A stretch of DNA of 64,000 bases from Paraspadella gotoi (lineage: Eukaryota > Animalia > Chaetognatha). Shown here piece by piece: positions 25,200-49,939 of the stretch; position 1 is the stretch's first letter; every line of letters starts with the position of its first letter. A model generated the notes under the pieces. It was not told where the DNA came from. It saw only the letters and a list, made by a program, of their open reading frames with translations, and did not search any database. The translations under genes and the position numbers were made by a program. The stretch spans positions 1,021,238 to 1,085,237 of the forward strand of contig CM119270.1 in the NCBI GenBank assembly GCA_051294375.1, given 5' to 3'.

Positions 25200-28100
25200 A
25201 AGAGAGAGATATCTCTACTACATCCTCCTTTGAATTTAGGTATCGTGCAGGACACTCTCTGCGCCGTCCGCAAGATGACCAAGCGCGACGTCTTCATCGA
25301 AAAGCCCGACATGATGAACTTGCTCATGCAGCTGCCCCGCTGGAACGGACACATGCCCATGCCGGCCATTCTCAAGCCGACCCCGCTGTGGACGGGCAAG
25401 CAATTGTTCTCTCTCATCATCCCTGGCAAGATTAACTGCATCCGTACGCACTCGACGCACGACGACGCGGAGGACCGGGGTCCGTACAAATGGCTCACCG
25501 TCGCGGACACTAAGGTGGTGTAGCTTTCTTTCTTTTTTTCCCCCAGATTTAATGGAATTGGAACGACGACCAATAAGAAATTTATTATTAATATTATTTA
25601 TTTGATAAACAAACTATCTTGCCCCTGACTTTTGACAGGCTATGGTTGGTTAAGCAGAGCATCCTTCTTACAACATAGAAAGACTTTGTATTACAAAGTT
25701 TGTAAGCTTCAATGAATCTATTATCATTTCCCCTCTTCCTTCTCAAGGTTCTCGTGGAAAACGGGGAACTCATCTCCGGCATCGTCTGCAAGAAATCCTT
25801 GGGCGCTTCGGCCGGCTCCCTCGTCCACATCGTTTTCCTCGAGATGGGACACGAGATCGCCGGACAATTTTACGGCGACATCCAAACGGTCGTCAACAAC
25901 TGGCTGCTCATCGAGGGCCACTCCATCGGCGTCGAGGACACCATCGCCGATCGGGAGACCTACACCGAGATCCAGCGCGCCATTAAAAAAGCCAAAATGG
26001 AGGTTAGGGGTTTGAGGGAGCGAAATGAGGGCGGGGGGGGGGAATGTAGCCAATGTTCGGAGGTTGGGATGAGGGGTTTTATGTTAATTTTTGTTAATTC
26101 CTAAATTTATGAACGTTGTATACATAGTACATAGGTACTTCGCCGCTGTATTGAAAATCGTACTTCTTGTTTTTAAATTTTACGGCGATTTTAAGATTGT
26201 AAAAGCTTAAATCACTACGCTTCAGGGTTTCCCCAGTGGTTTTAGTTGAATCGTAGCTTTTTGATTCACAATAACGCGTCGTTCCCTTACATTAAGGTCA
26301 TTGACGTTATTGAGAAGGCTCACAACGACGAGTTGGAGCCGACTCCTGGCAACACACTCCGTCAGACCTTCGAGAATCAAGTCAACAAGATCCTCAACGA
26401 GGCCCGAGACAAGACGGGTTCCTCCGCCCAGAAATCTCTCTCGGAATTCAACAACTTCAAGTCGATGGTGGTGTCGGGATCCAAAGGATCCAAGATCAAC
26501 ATCTCGCAGGTCAGAAAAATGAAGGGAACATGTTATTTATTGTCGGATGGGCTCATATACAGCATCTATCGTCTGCAATATTACAATAATACCGTCAGAT
26601 CTGTATTTAAAAAAATAGGGATGATGACGATAATCAATTTAAATTCAATAATAATATAAACAAATAATTTAATAAACCAGTTAAAAATGTGATAAGTCAA
26701 TGGTTCCCAGTATGCTTCAAAAGTTGTTGTCTAACAGAGGAAAGAAGTGAGAATATATCAGTACAATACTTTTACCCCTTCAGGTCATCGCCTGCGTGGG
26801 ACAACAAAACGTCGAGGGAAAACGAATTCCTTTCGGCTTCAAACATCGAACTCTTCCTCATTTCATCAAAGATGATTACGGACCAGAGTCGAGGGGATTC
26901 GTAGAGAACTCTTATCTCGCCGGTAGAGAGAGAGAGAGAGAGAGAGATATCTTTTTTGTCCCTAAACTCCTCCTCCCCAACACTTCAGGCCTCACACCTT
27001 CGGAATTCTTCTTCCACGCCATGGGTGGGCGAGAGGGTCTCATCGACACGGCCGTCAAAACTGCCGAGACAGGTTACATCCAGCGCCGACTTATCAAAGC
27101 GCAAGAGTCAGTCATGGTCGCATACGACGGAACAGTCAGGAACAGCAACAAGGTCGGTATAGCAGGAAAAAAATTAAAACAGCTTTAATTGCTCATCTCT
27201 CTCTCTCTCACATTCTCAGGCTCTGGTCCAACTCCGCTACGGCGAGGACGGCCTGGCGGGCGAGTTGGTAGAGTTCCAAAATCTTCCGACGATGAAGCCG
27301 TCGAATCGCGTCTTCGAGAATAAGTTCAAGTTCGACTTGGCCAACGAGAAGGTGAGGACTTAGGTTGGGTGAGGACTTGGGTTGAGTGAGGACTTGGATT
27401 GGGGGAGGACTTGGGGTGGGGGATGATGGAGACAATTCTTCGTGGAACATCATAACATCATCACCCTCTAACAGGGAGGCCTTGGGTTGGGGGAGAACTT
27501 GGGTTGGGGAGGACTTGGGCTGGGGAGGACTTGGGCTGGGGGAGGACTTGGAGGTTAGAAATCGTAAGGGAGTCGCCTTAGCAGAGTTGATAAGTCTACC
27601 TAATCGATTGGAAAACGAAGTGATCCGCACAACTGATTTAACGTCATGACCTCTTTATTCAATTAAATCTTTATTTGTTTATTTATATGAAATTGGTACA
27701 TATATTTTTTTTAATTCTTTCTTTCTTTATTTATTTACTTATTTAGTTCTTTATTTATTTATTATCATTTCTCTTATCAATCTCCCACCTCAAATTCAAC
27801 AGGCTCTCCGCAAGCATCTGACCGAAGACATCGTCAAGGATATCCAAAGCAGCGCCACCATCGTCACCGACCTGGAGGCGGAGTGGGAGCAACTGCAGCG
27901 CGACCGCGAGAACATCCGGGGCATCTTCCCCATGGGCCAGTCACGCGTCGTGCTGCCCTGCAACCTGCAGCGGATGATCTGGAACGCGCAGAAAATCTTC
28001 AAGATCAATAAACGCGCGCCGACGGATCTGCATCCCTCGCGGATTCTGGAGGGGGTCAAGGTAGGAGGCGTTTTTCATTCCTCGGAAGGCGTCGCATGTG

Positions 28101-31100
28101 TTAATGTGTTTTGAATTGCTTAATTGTTGAGGATTGGCGTGAAACGGAGAAAATGGCTGAATAAGGGTTACTTGTATTTAATTATTCCAGACAATTTTAG
28201 TTGGAGTAGGTGGTGGGCTGTGTGTATTGTTTAGCAGAGTGGATGTTCTATAGATCGGTTGTTTGTTAAATTTGTTTGTTTGTTCTCCCCACCCCCCCCC
28301 AGGAACTGAGCAAGAAATTGGTGATCGTCAACGGAATCGATCCGCTCTCCGTCGCCGCCAACAACAACGCCACCACGCTCATCAACGTCCTCATCCGATC
28401 TACGCTCTGTTGCAAGCAGACCATCGAGGAGCACAAGGTCAGTGGTGAAGAAGGCGTGATGAAAATTAATTAATAACGGAAACTCCAATACAAGTTATTT
28501 TCTTAATAAATTATACTCGTCAAGAATCGACGAGTAAGACCTCTAGAAATATATTGACAATGATGATGTTTAGATAAATATTACAAATTTATTTTAATTT
28601 TCAAATACTGCAATATGCAAATGAGAATAACTAAATCCCTTATGTATCTCTCCCTCCACTCCAGCTCTCCTCCGAGGCGTTCGACTGGCTCCTCGGCGAG
28701 ATCGAGGCACGCTTCAACATGTCCATGGCGGTGCCCGGGGAGATGGTAGGCGCTTTGGGCGCCCAATCCCTCGGAGAACCCGCCACTCAGATGACCCTCA
28801 ACACTTTTCACTACGCCGGTGTCTCCGCCAAGAACGTCACCCTCGGAGTCCCGAGGCTCAAGGAGATCATCAACATTTCTAAGAAACCCAAGACGCCCTC
28901 GCTCACTGTTTTTCTGTTGGGGCAGGCGGCCAGGTAAGGAAAAGGAGAAGTGCTTCGGGAAAGGGGGGTAAGATGATAAGAACCGAAGTTACTCATGTTT
29001 AGTGTAGGTCATTACCACTGAATGCTCTGGACACGCACATGTACAAGCGCTAACTTTTCGCATACACTGCTACAATGCTACATAAAAAAAAGGGAAATAG
29101 GCTTTTAAAATTTTAATTATAATTATAAATTATAAAATATAATTATTTCTTTTTAAAGGAAGAAACTAAATTTCTCCTCTCCCCTTGCTTCCCTCCGTCG
29201 CTCCTCAGAGACGCGGAGAAATGTAAGGACGTCCTCTGCAAGTTGGAGCACACGACTCTGCGCAAAGTCACCGCCAACACCGCCATCTATTACGACCCAG
29301 AGCCGCAGAACACCGTCATCCAAGAGGACCAAGACTTCGTCAACGTCTACTACGAGATGCCCGACTTTGACGTCTCCAGGATCTCGCCCTGGTTGCTCAG
29401 GATCGAATTGGACAGGAAGAGGATGACGGACAAGAAACTCACTATGGAACAGATCGCCGAGAAGATATCGCACGTCCGTAGAGTTTTCGGGGCGGATGGA
29501 GCATAGAAGAGAAGAGAGAGAAGTAGAGAGAGGAGTAGAAGAGAGAGAAATAGAGAGATTAATCAGAAATGGAGAACGATTTAAGGTCAAGAAGATTTAG
29601 GAAGTTATCTGGCCAAAATTGAAATATGCGCTGATTAGATATCGCTGTTAGTTTTAAAAACATTTCTTTAAATTTATCACAACCTCTTCCTGCCCGCTCT
29701 TCCTTTCCTCCCCGCTCTTCCTCCCTGCTCTTCCTCCCCGCTCTTCCTCCCCGCTCTTCCTCCCCGCTCTTCCTTTTCTCCCCGCTCCAGGGTTTCGGGG
29801 AGGACCTCAACTGCATCTTCAACGACGACAACGCGGAGAAGCTCGTCCTCCGCATCCGCATCATGAACTCTGACGACAGCAAGATGGAGGAGAACGAGGA
29901 GCTCGTCGACAAGATGGACGACGACACTTTCCTTCGTTGCATCGAGTCCAACATGCTCACCGACATGAGCCTACAGGGGATCGAGGCCATTGCCAAGGTC
30001 AAATAGTTTTCTCTGACCTTTCCTTTCTTTATAAATCCCTTGCTTTTACTTTTCTTCTTTGCCCTTTCCTTTTCTTCTTTATCCTTTCCTTTTCGTCCTT
30101 TCCTTTCCTCCAATTTCTCTTCTCTCCAATAATATTCTTTTTCCTTTTAGGTCTACATGCATCATCCTTACGAGGAAGAAAAGAAACGCATCACGATCAC
30201 CGACTCTGGCGAATTCAAAGTAAATAAATCCCAACTTCTATTGCATATTTGAAGATAGTACCATTAATGTACCAATAATGAAATAACTAAAGTATTTCTT
30301 ACTTAAACTGTCCCTTTAAACCCTTTCCCCTCGCCTCAGGCTCACGCGGAGTGGATCCTCGAGACGGACGGGACGGCGTTGATGCGCGTCCTCTCCGAGA
30401 AGGAAGTCGATCCCGTCAGAACATATTCGAACGACATCGTCGAGATTTTCTCGGTCTGTTTAGTATTTTATTTATTTAATTTAATTTTCCTTAATATTGA
30501 AGTTCCGCCATCTCACCTCCCGACCCTTTCCTCTTTTCCCCACTTCAGGTGATGGGCATCGAGGCCGTCCGCAAATCCGTAGAGAAAGAGATGAACCGCG
30601 TGATCTCCTTCGACGGTTCCTACGTCAACTACCGCCACCTGGCGCTGCTTTGCGACGTCATGTGCTGTAAGGGTCACCTCATGGCCATCACCCGTCACGG
30701 GATCAATCGTCAGGACTTGGGCTGCCTCATGCGCTGCTCATTCGAGGAGACTGTGGACATCCTGATGGAAGCGGCGGCCCACTCCGAGTGCGACTACATG
30801 CAGGGCGTCTCGGAGAACATCATGTTGGGTCAGCTGGCCCGCGCGGGGACGGGCTGCTTTGATCTTCTTCTTGACGCGGAAAAGTGTAAATTCGGAATGG
30901 AGATTCCCAACGCCGGCGGACTCATGGGCGTGGGCGGCGTCTTGGACGTCGGATGGCAACTCGGCGGCGGCGCCACGCCACAGATGGGCATGAGCCCGCA
31001 GATGACGCCGTGGAACACGGGCGCCACTCCCATGCCCTACGGTGGTTGGACCCCGGGCGGATCGGGCATGACGCCGGGCCAGGCGGGCTTTTCGCCCACG

Positions 31101-32525
31101 GCCGCGTCGGAGCACGGATACTCTCCGGCATGGTCGCCTGGAGGGGCGTTGTCGCCTGGCGGAATGTCTCCCGGAGGGGCGTCGCCGATGTATTCTCCGG
31201 GTCCAGCCTCTCCAAGCGGCGGAACATCTCCGCTCTATTCTCCTACATCTCCTTCGCTAAGCAAGAGTCCCGGCTATTCGCCGACTTCTCCGTCTTATTC
31301 GCCTACAAGCCCATCTTATTCGCCGACATCGCCCACATATTCACCAACGAGCCCATCCTATTCACCGACCAGTCCCAAGTACAGCCCCACTTCGCCTAAG
31401 TACAGCCCGACGTCTCCGCAGTACAGTCCGACTTCGCCTCAGTACAGTCCCACTTCTCCGTCGTACTCGCCGACAAGCCCAAGCTATTCTCCAACCAGCC
31501 CCAGTTATTCACCAACCTCTCCCTCTTATTCGCCGACTTCTCCGTCTTATTCACCAACCAGCCCGAGTTATTCTCCGACCAGTCCGTCTTATAGTCCGAC
31601 TTCTCCTTCATACAGCCCGACATCGCCTTCTTACAGTCCGACTTCTCCATCGTACAGTCCGACCTCGCCATCTTATAGTCCGACATCACCTTCTTACAGT
31701 CCGACATCACCAAGCTACAGTCCTACATCACCAAGCTACAGCCCCACTTCTCCGAGTTACAGCCCAAGTTCTCCTAAATATTCTCCTTCTTCTCCCAAAT
31801 ATTCTCCATCTTCACCATCCTATTCTCCTACGAGTCCTTCTTACTCTCCAACTAGCCCCAGCTACAGCCCGAGCTCTCCTAAGTACAGCCCGCAGAGTCC
31901 TAAATATTCTCCAAGCAGCCCGAGCTATTCTCCAACCAGTCCAAGCTATTCACCAAGCTCTCCACAGTACAGTCCATCGTCTCCTAAATACACGCCGAGT
32001 TCCCCGCAGTACAGCCCCAGCTCTCCGCAGTACAGCCCTACATCCCCTTCTTATTCTCCTACCAGCCCCAGCTATTCACCAAGCAGCCCTCAGTACACCC
32101 CCACGTCTCCCAAGTACTCCCCTTCGAGTCCCAACTATTCTCCGACTTCCCCATCTTACTCACCTTCCAGCCCCAAGTATTCCCCAGCCTCACCGACTTA
32201 TACCCCGTCCTCTCCGCAGTACAGTCCCAGCTCGCCGCAGTACTCTCCAAGTTCTCCCAAGTACAGCCCCTCTTCTCCCCAATATTCACCCACCAGCCCT
32301 ACTTACTCGCCCGCCTCGCCGACCTATTCGCCTTCCAGCCCTCAGTACTCGCCTGCCAGCTTGGCTTATTCGCCCACCTCGCCGCAGTACACTCCCGCCT
32401 CGCCCACTTACTCTCCGACCTCGCCCTCGTATCAAGCGGGGTCGGGATATTCGCCGACCTCACCCACCTACTCGCCCACGAGTCCGGAGGAGGAAGAGGA
32501 GGAGGATGAGGAGGAGGAGACGTGA
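21452..32525 (+). CDS. POLR2A: RNA polymerase II largest subunit RPB1, about 21 exons
   Basis: [36 protein letters not shown], catalytic [24 protein letters not shown], and a YSPTSPS heptad CTD at 31275-32489. Confidence 0.98.
24771..24951. repeat. 21-bp AT-rich minisatellite, about 8-9 copies, each containing the palindrome ataagttaacttat
   Basis: Directly visible perfect tandem array in a POLR2A intron. Confidence 0.95.
27352..27552 (+). repeat. Degenerate ~16-bp G-rich repeats (gaggacttgggttggg) at the 5' end of a POLR2A intron
   Basis: Two clusters of visible units starting at the donor. Confidence 0.8.
28608..28628 (+). promoter_or_regulatory. Extended octamer motif CTGCAATATGCAAATGAGA (representative of at least 7 intronic copies)
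   Basis: Also at about 16551, 42685 and 58832 (+) and 15651, 37099, 46566 and 56074 (-). The function is unknown. Confidence 0.5.
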
Positions 32526-33485
32526 AGAAAAGGGAGGAGGAAATGAAGAGAAAAAAACGAGAATGGCTCGTACAGGCAGAAACGAAAAAACAATTACAAA
32601 CATTCTTGTAAATTTACTCTTATTCATTTGTTTATTGTTCAATGGTCGGATCGCACGTACTTTATGTTGCTCTGTTTTGAAATCGATTTCGATGTGACGA
32701 ACTTTCGCCGAAGTTTTTTTTTCCAACAAAAACAAATTTAAAAGAAAAATTTTTATTTGTATAAGATTTTTTTAAAAAAATTTGGTTTATTGATGATTGT
32801 TGTAAATATTCCTTTGCTTTTTTACTTCTCATTGAAACAAAAAAAAACCGTTCTTATTCGTCTTTTCAATTTATTCGTCGATTGATGATAGATGTTGATT
32901 GCCTAAATTTGAGCTTTTATGTTACGGTAACGATGGTGAATATTGTTTATTTAGTGCGTTGTACAGTTTAGCTTCCTTAATTTTTTTGCCATAGAAAAAG
33001 TTGTAAAGTTGGTTTCCGTTTTAATTTTGAAAAAAAAAAACACGATAAGTTGTTAAATTTGAAATTAATACAAGTTTAGTTTTCCCCATTGATTAATTTT
33101 CAATTATTAAAATCATTTTAGATCAAAAGAGAAAGAGACTAATAACTATAAAATAATTTCTTCGACGAATCGACTTTAGTTTCTCATTTCCGGAAAATTC
33201 TCAGCACGTGTGACATTCGGTAGACGCGCGCCAGACTCTCCTCCTGTCTCTGTCTCTCTCTCTCTCACAAAATCCGAAGCCACCCTTTCCCAATCCCCCC
33301 CATTCCCCCCCAAATCGGAAACCACCTCTTCAACACCCCCGCGTTAAATGGAAAGCGGTGGTCGCGTTGTCATCGTCCCCGGATCGAGTCTTCTCTCTTC
33401 CTTCGCCTTCGAAACTCTGCTCCTCGCTTCAGAGTCGCTTCAGTCCGCCGCAGCAGCCGCCTCAGCAAAGGCCAATCCGCCCAAG

Positions 33486-44470
<10,985 letters not shown>

Positions 44471-45186
44471 GTGTGAAAAGTGGGGCATTTGGAAGAGGGG
44501 CCTTCGATGGGCCTTTGATGGGCCTTTGGAGGAGGGCCTTTGATGGTCCTTTCTCACGGACGCATCGGAGACTCGATTCATTCCCGAACTTATTAGAGAC
44601 CTCCTTATGTGGAAGAGAAGTCGATAAAAAGATGTTTCGATTATTATTAATTATCAATTTTTAGTTACAAATATTACATCCGCCTTGATCGAAAGTAAAT
44701 CTCTCCACATCTACTACAATAAATGATTATTATAAAAGTTGTTGTTTAGTGAGGTAATCTCACCCAGGTTTCGTTTGAAATAATACAAGAATCCAAGTCT
44801 AGTCTTTTTTCGGCAACGTTATCCGCGCGTTTCTTATTCTCGTCGCTTTTTGTGATCATTAAAGTTTATAAATAAATGTTGGGATCATTTAACTATATAT
44901 AAATATCATGGAATTAAGATGTAAAATGAAATAAAATTTTCACGCATCTTTTTCAACATTTTTTTTCTAACAGTCAATCGTTTAGAATAATAATTCGTTC
45001 TTGATAGCGCTATATACGGTTCCAACTGTTTTAGCGTAACCAGTTATTAACCTGAAACGTTTTAGTTATACTGACTTATGGAATTCGAAGCTTAATAGAA
45101 AAAAAAATTAGGAATAAAACAATTACCGTCGTTAAAACCGATCCCTACCTCCGCCGACTCGATAATCCGCCGTCGCCGCCGCCGCC

Positions 45187-48100
45187 ATGTCGTGGATATT
45201 CGGTCTCAACCCCAAAGACAAGTCAGTCCCCAACCTTAACTTGGACATTCCTGGACTGCCCGCCCCCGGAGACGTCAAGGGGGGCGGCGGTGGCGGCGAT
45301 GCCGGGGGAGGAGGAGGAGGAGCAGCAGCAGGGGGAGGGGGCAAGGGCGGCAACATGAGACCCTCGTTCGATTCGGAGGCGTTGGAGCGGGCCGCCAAGG
45401 CCGCCAAAGAGTTGGAACAGTCGGGTGAGGCGACGAGGAGAGGTTGGGGGGCAGGGGGGGGAATGTGAAAGGGGCTCTGCAGTAGAATTCTGTTGGAAAG
45501 AGGAGGAGGCTAAAACCTCTGAGGTTGTCTCTGTAGATTTTGGGTAAACTGGGGATATGAAATCAACTAAATAACTCTAAACTTTATAAACCATTAACTA
45601 TTTGAGAATTCGGGTCATAAAGGATTATTTTGATACGACATTGTCATATCCGTCGTTGAGATTAATCTAAAACTGTCTTGACAACAATGGAATTTCAGCT
45701 TATGCCAAAGAGGCCTTCGAGTTGTCCAAAATGCAAGAGACGACGAAGCAGATCGAAGCTCAAAAGTCGCTTAAAGACGTCGAGGGTCAAATCGAGCAAA
45801 TGAAACAGGAGCAGTTCAGGTAAAGGGTTGGAAGATGTCAAATTGTGAATGTTGAATTACTAATGTCCGTCTCTTATACAATCAAAAGATTGAAAGCAGA
45901 AAATGATTGCTCTAGACTCTAAACGAGCGCTAACGAGTGCGAAAGAAACGATTCGACCTAATTATCTTTTTCTCGCATCGTCTCTTTTCTTCCTTATCAT
46001 CATAATCGTCATCCTTCCATGTCTTCCTCATCTAATCTCCACCCCTTCCTCTTCCTCTCCAGAGTCCAAGGCGATGAGAAGCGAAAGAACATGCAGGAGG
46101 AGACGCGGCAACATCAAGCGCGCGCCGAATATCAGGATCAACTCACGAGAAAGAGATACGACGATCAACTCGCGCAGCAGGTGCCCATTGCCCAATAACT
46201 GCTTTGTCCCACAACTTACTTAAACTTGAACTTACCCAAACGAATCCCTTTCCTCATCTCCAGATGCGCAACCAGGACGAGCAGCTCCGTCGCCAGGAAG
46301 AGTCTGTCCAAAAGCAAGAGGCGATGCGGCGCTCGACGCTGGAGCACGAGATGCAGTTAAAGCACGAGAACGATCTGAAGAGGATAGAGGCGGAGATGCG
46401 GGGCAAGGCCGTCGTCGAGCGGGAGAACCACGATCTCTATATGGAGCAGGTGTGAGACCGTTAGTGATTAATGAAGCTGGGGAGAGGGGGGAGACTCGCT
46501 GAATGCCGCTGCTGCAAATGGATAAAGGAAGAATAATGTCGCCCCTTTTTTGGTTAATTTTTTAAATCTCATTTGCATATTGCAGAGGTCGACACAATTT
46601 ATTTTTTTATGTTTGGGCAAGTAGTTTCGCCCAGTCTCATAATGAGGAAAGGCTCTTGAGGAAATAAAAATGGACCAGAGGCTCGAGATTCATAGTTATT
46701 TGATAGTTTTTATCTCTCGTAGTAAACTTTGTCTTCTATGGTTGCCTTAATCCTCTTAATCGTTTAGAGTACGAGACGGTATTTAAAAAACGTTGGGGTT
46801 AGTGAGTCGATGGTGGAGCGGATGCATCGGTCAAGTGATGCTTATCACGAGTCTTCAGTGGTAGAATACAATTATTAAGTGAGATCGAGGGACTTCGATC
46901 TCATAATGTATGATCAACGTATAACAACCCGGCTTTATCTGCTAGATGACTAATTAGGTCAAATGGAAGTTAGGAACGGTAACGTCGTCTTCGGATTCGA
47001 TGGAGGTGGTCGAGATGAGAAGAGAGAAAGAGAAGCCAAAAAGATCCAAGCGAAAAAAAGCTACTTGAGCGTTTAAATTCATTTACTGCGTTGATATCAC
47101 CCTGAAACATTCTTCCTCCTTTCAGATTAAATTAAAAGAGAAAGAGAATCGAGAGACGCGACTGGAATCGATCAAGACGATCGGCTCCGTCGTGGGTTCG
47201 GGTCTCTCCGCTTTTCTCAACGACTTCGACAAAGTCACCGTCGCCGCCGTCGGCCTCTCCGTTCTCGCCGTCGGCGTCTACGCCGCCAAGACCGGCACCA
47301 GCGTTCTCGGCAAATACGTCGAGGCGCGTCTGGGCAAGCCCTCGCTCGTCCGAGAGACGTCGAGGTAAAAATTGGAGGGGAGAATGGGTTAAGGGGAAGA
47401 GAGAGAGAAGATAGGGAGGAGTGGGAAAGGATATGAAAGAGTCGGAGAATGGTTATTTGTTTTGATCGCTAGGGTCGATTTGATGTCAAATCCGGTGAAG
47501 ATTGAAGATTACTTAAAAGAAAAGGGGAAATAAAGGCGGGATATGCGATCTACATATAAAAAGTAGTCGCTTTCTCAATTACTATCCTTTTCTCGTTCCC
47601 CCTCCCCCCCCCCCGAAAAGACTCTCCCTCGCCTCGGCCCTCCGCCATCCCGTGACGACGGTGCAGCGGTTCCGATCGCAGGCGGAGGACGCGTTGAAGG
47701 GCGTCATACTCGAGCCGCAGTTGGAGGAGCGACTGCGGGAGTTGGCAGTGACGACGAGGAACACGAGGAAAAACAGGGGAATGTATCGAAACGTCTTGTT
47801 TTACGGGCCGCCGGGGACAGGAAAGACGCTTTTCGCTAAGGTGAGTGGTGAAGGCTTTCTCAAGGTCAAGCCATTAACAGTTTCGATTTCTGGTTTGAGA
47901 TTTTCTTTTCTCACCTACTCGCGAATTGCTACCCACTCGCGAAATTTATGGTTCCAAATGGAACCGGGATTCTTCATGTTTCTTCCCCACCTTACCAGAG
48001 TCTGGCCAAACACTCCAACATGGACTTCGCCATCGTGACGGGCGGCGACGTGGCGCCGATGGGACGCGAGGGCGTCACCGCCGTCCACAAGCTCTTTGAT

Positions 48101-49143
48101 TGGTCGTCGTCGTCGCCTCGCGGAGTATTGCTCTTCGTCGACGAGGCGGACGCATTTCTGAGAAAACGAAGCTCTGAGGTGAGTCGTTGTATAATGAGCC
48201 AATTCATTCATGAACGCGTTTGGGTAAGTCCGGATTTTTCTGCTCCAGGTCATCTCGGAAGATCTTCGCGCGACGCTTAACGCTTTTCTGTACCGAACGG
48301 GTGAGCAGTCGAACAGATTCATGCTGGCTCTGGCCACCAATCAGCCGGAGCAGTTCGACTGGGCCATTAACGATAGGTGCGCAACAATATGACCATTTTC
48401 TCTGGGCCGCTGGAGTCGTCTTCCCTTTTTCATCTCCTTCACTCTTTCATTCTCTCCATTTTCCTTTTCCTTCAAGACTGGACGAGCTCGTGGAGTTCCG
48501 TGCGCCCGGTCTGGAGGAGCGCGAAAGGATGGTGCGGCACTACTTCGATCGGTTCGTCCTCCGCGCCGCAACCGAAGGTCGCAAGTCGCGCCGAATCAAA
48601 GTCGATACAGACTTCGACTTCGGAGAAAAATGCTCCCAGATCGCCGCCAGGTTGGAGGGCCTGTCCGGACGAGAGATCTCCAAGCTAGCCGCCTCTTGGC
48701 AGGTGAGGAATGACCCTTTGCCATTTCATCCTCGTCCCTTGGTCCTTTACTTAACATCTTCTTCAGGCGGCGGCTTACGCTTCCCCCGACGGCGTCTTGA
48801 CGGAAGCGATGATCGACGAACGCGTTGACGACTACGCCCGACAGCACGCTCAAAAGGTGCCGACGGTTCCACTGTATTTTACTGTATATTTCAGCATATT
48901 CTCGGGCCGGGCTTTAAAAGCGTATATTCCTCCACCGCTACTCAGGTTCGATGGCAGTTGCAGCCCGACGTCTCCGGCGTCCAGGGAATGGCGGGCTCCC
49001 TGACTGCGCCGACCAACACCGTCGACCCGGACGTGTCCAACTACGTCTCCAGCAAAGACGCCGCCAGCTCCATCATCGATCGTCTCAGGAGGAGCAGCAT
49101 CCAACAGTCCATCGCCGAGAAGAGAGAGGCGGAGACGAGTTGA
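45187..49143 (+). CDS. ATAD3: ATPase family AAA domain-containing protein 3 (mitochondrial), about 11 exons
   Basis: [37 protein letters not shown], Walker [14 protein letters not shown], Walker [15 protein letters not shown], and [10 protein letters not shown]. Confidence 0.96.
47943..47991 (-). mobile_element. 49-bp fragment of the DIRS-like right terminus (or half ICR) just upstream of an ATAD3 acceptor
   Basis: aatttatggttccaaatggaaccgggattcttcatgtttcttccccacc is the reverse complement of the copy 1 right end. Confidence 0.8.
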
Positions 49144-49939
49144 GTAGGAGGAGGAAGAGGAAGAAGAGAAACTCTCGTCTCCATCTCTCTCTCTCTTTCG
49201 TCTCAACTCGACTCAATTTCGTGTTGTCTTATTCGTGCCAAGTGACAAATTATGATAAACAAAGAAACAACTTACACAATATAAAAAAAAACCGCGTGAA
49301 AAGATTGAAACGAGTTGAAAAAAAGTTCTCCGCCGATGAAACGAATTCCCATTCCACGTCCCCTGGGCAACAACTGCGAAGCCCAGAGTCATCGACGACA
49401 GCAACATCGATATTCTTGAAGACGGAGTTAACTACAACAACAACAACAACAAACAAACTACTCTTCGTGAAGAGTCGTGTTACACTGTGATCCGCGCGGA
49501 TTGCGAGGTGGTCGGTCGGTCGGTGGTTCTCAAAACTCATTGTCGAAATATTTTTAAATTAAGAGTTAGGATTTTAAGTCTTGTTAAAAAAAAAGAGAGA
49601 AAGCAGAGCTAGTTTTTATTGTAAACTGATAACATTTTTATGGATTTGTTAAAAGATTTTGAATTAGATTCGTAATTTTAAAGTCTCACTCATTCCCCCC
49701 TTCCTCACATTTTTTTTTTTTTTGGCGCGTCGAAACCACCTCTATTTTCGCTGCAAACCTCATCTTTATTTTTGTTTGTTTTTTTTTTTTGTTATCAGGG
49801 AAAAAAAAAAGTTGACATAAAAACATCACAGTAGCCCAAAGTATATTTCAGGGATTGCTCTCTAGTCTTTAGTCTTGGCATATAATTTTGCGGCTCATTA
49901 TCCTGGGGTTGCCATTGTCATTGTTTCATTGGCGGGAAA

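Noticed and set aside
33348-33485. N-terminal extension of COPA from an upstream in-frame ATG
   Set aside because: The conserved COPA start MLTK/FETKS begins at 33486 in good context. The extension has no recognisable features and cannot be supported without transcripts.
46880-46903. Hairpin tgagatcgagggacttcgatctca as a Helitron end or ncRNA
   Set aside because: Single occurrence, no properly spaced CTRR terminus and no other support.
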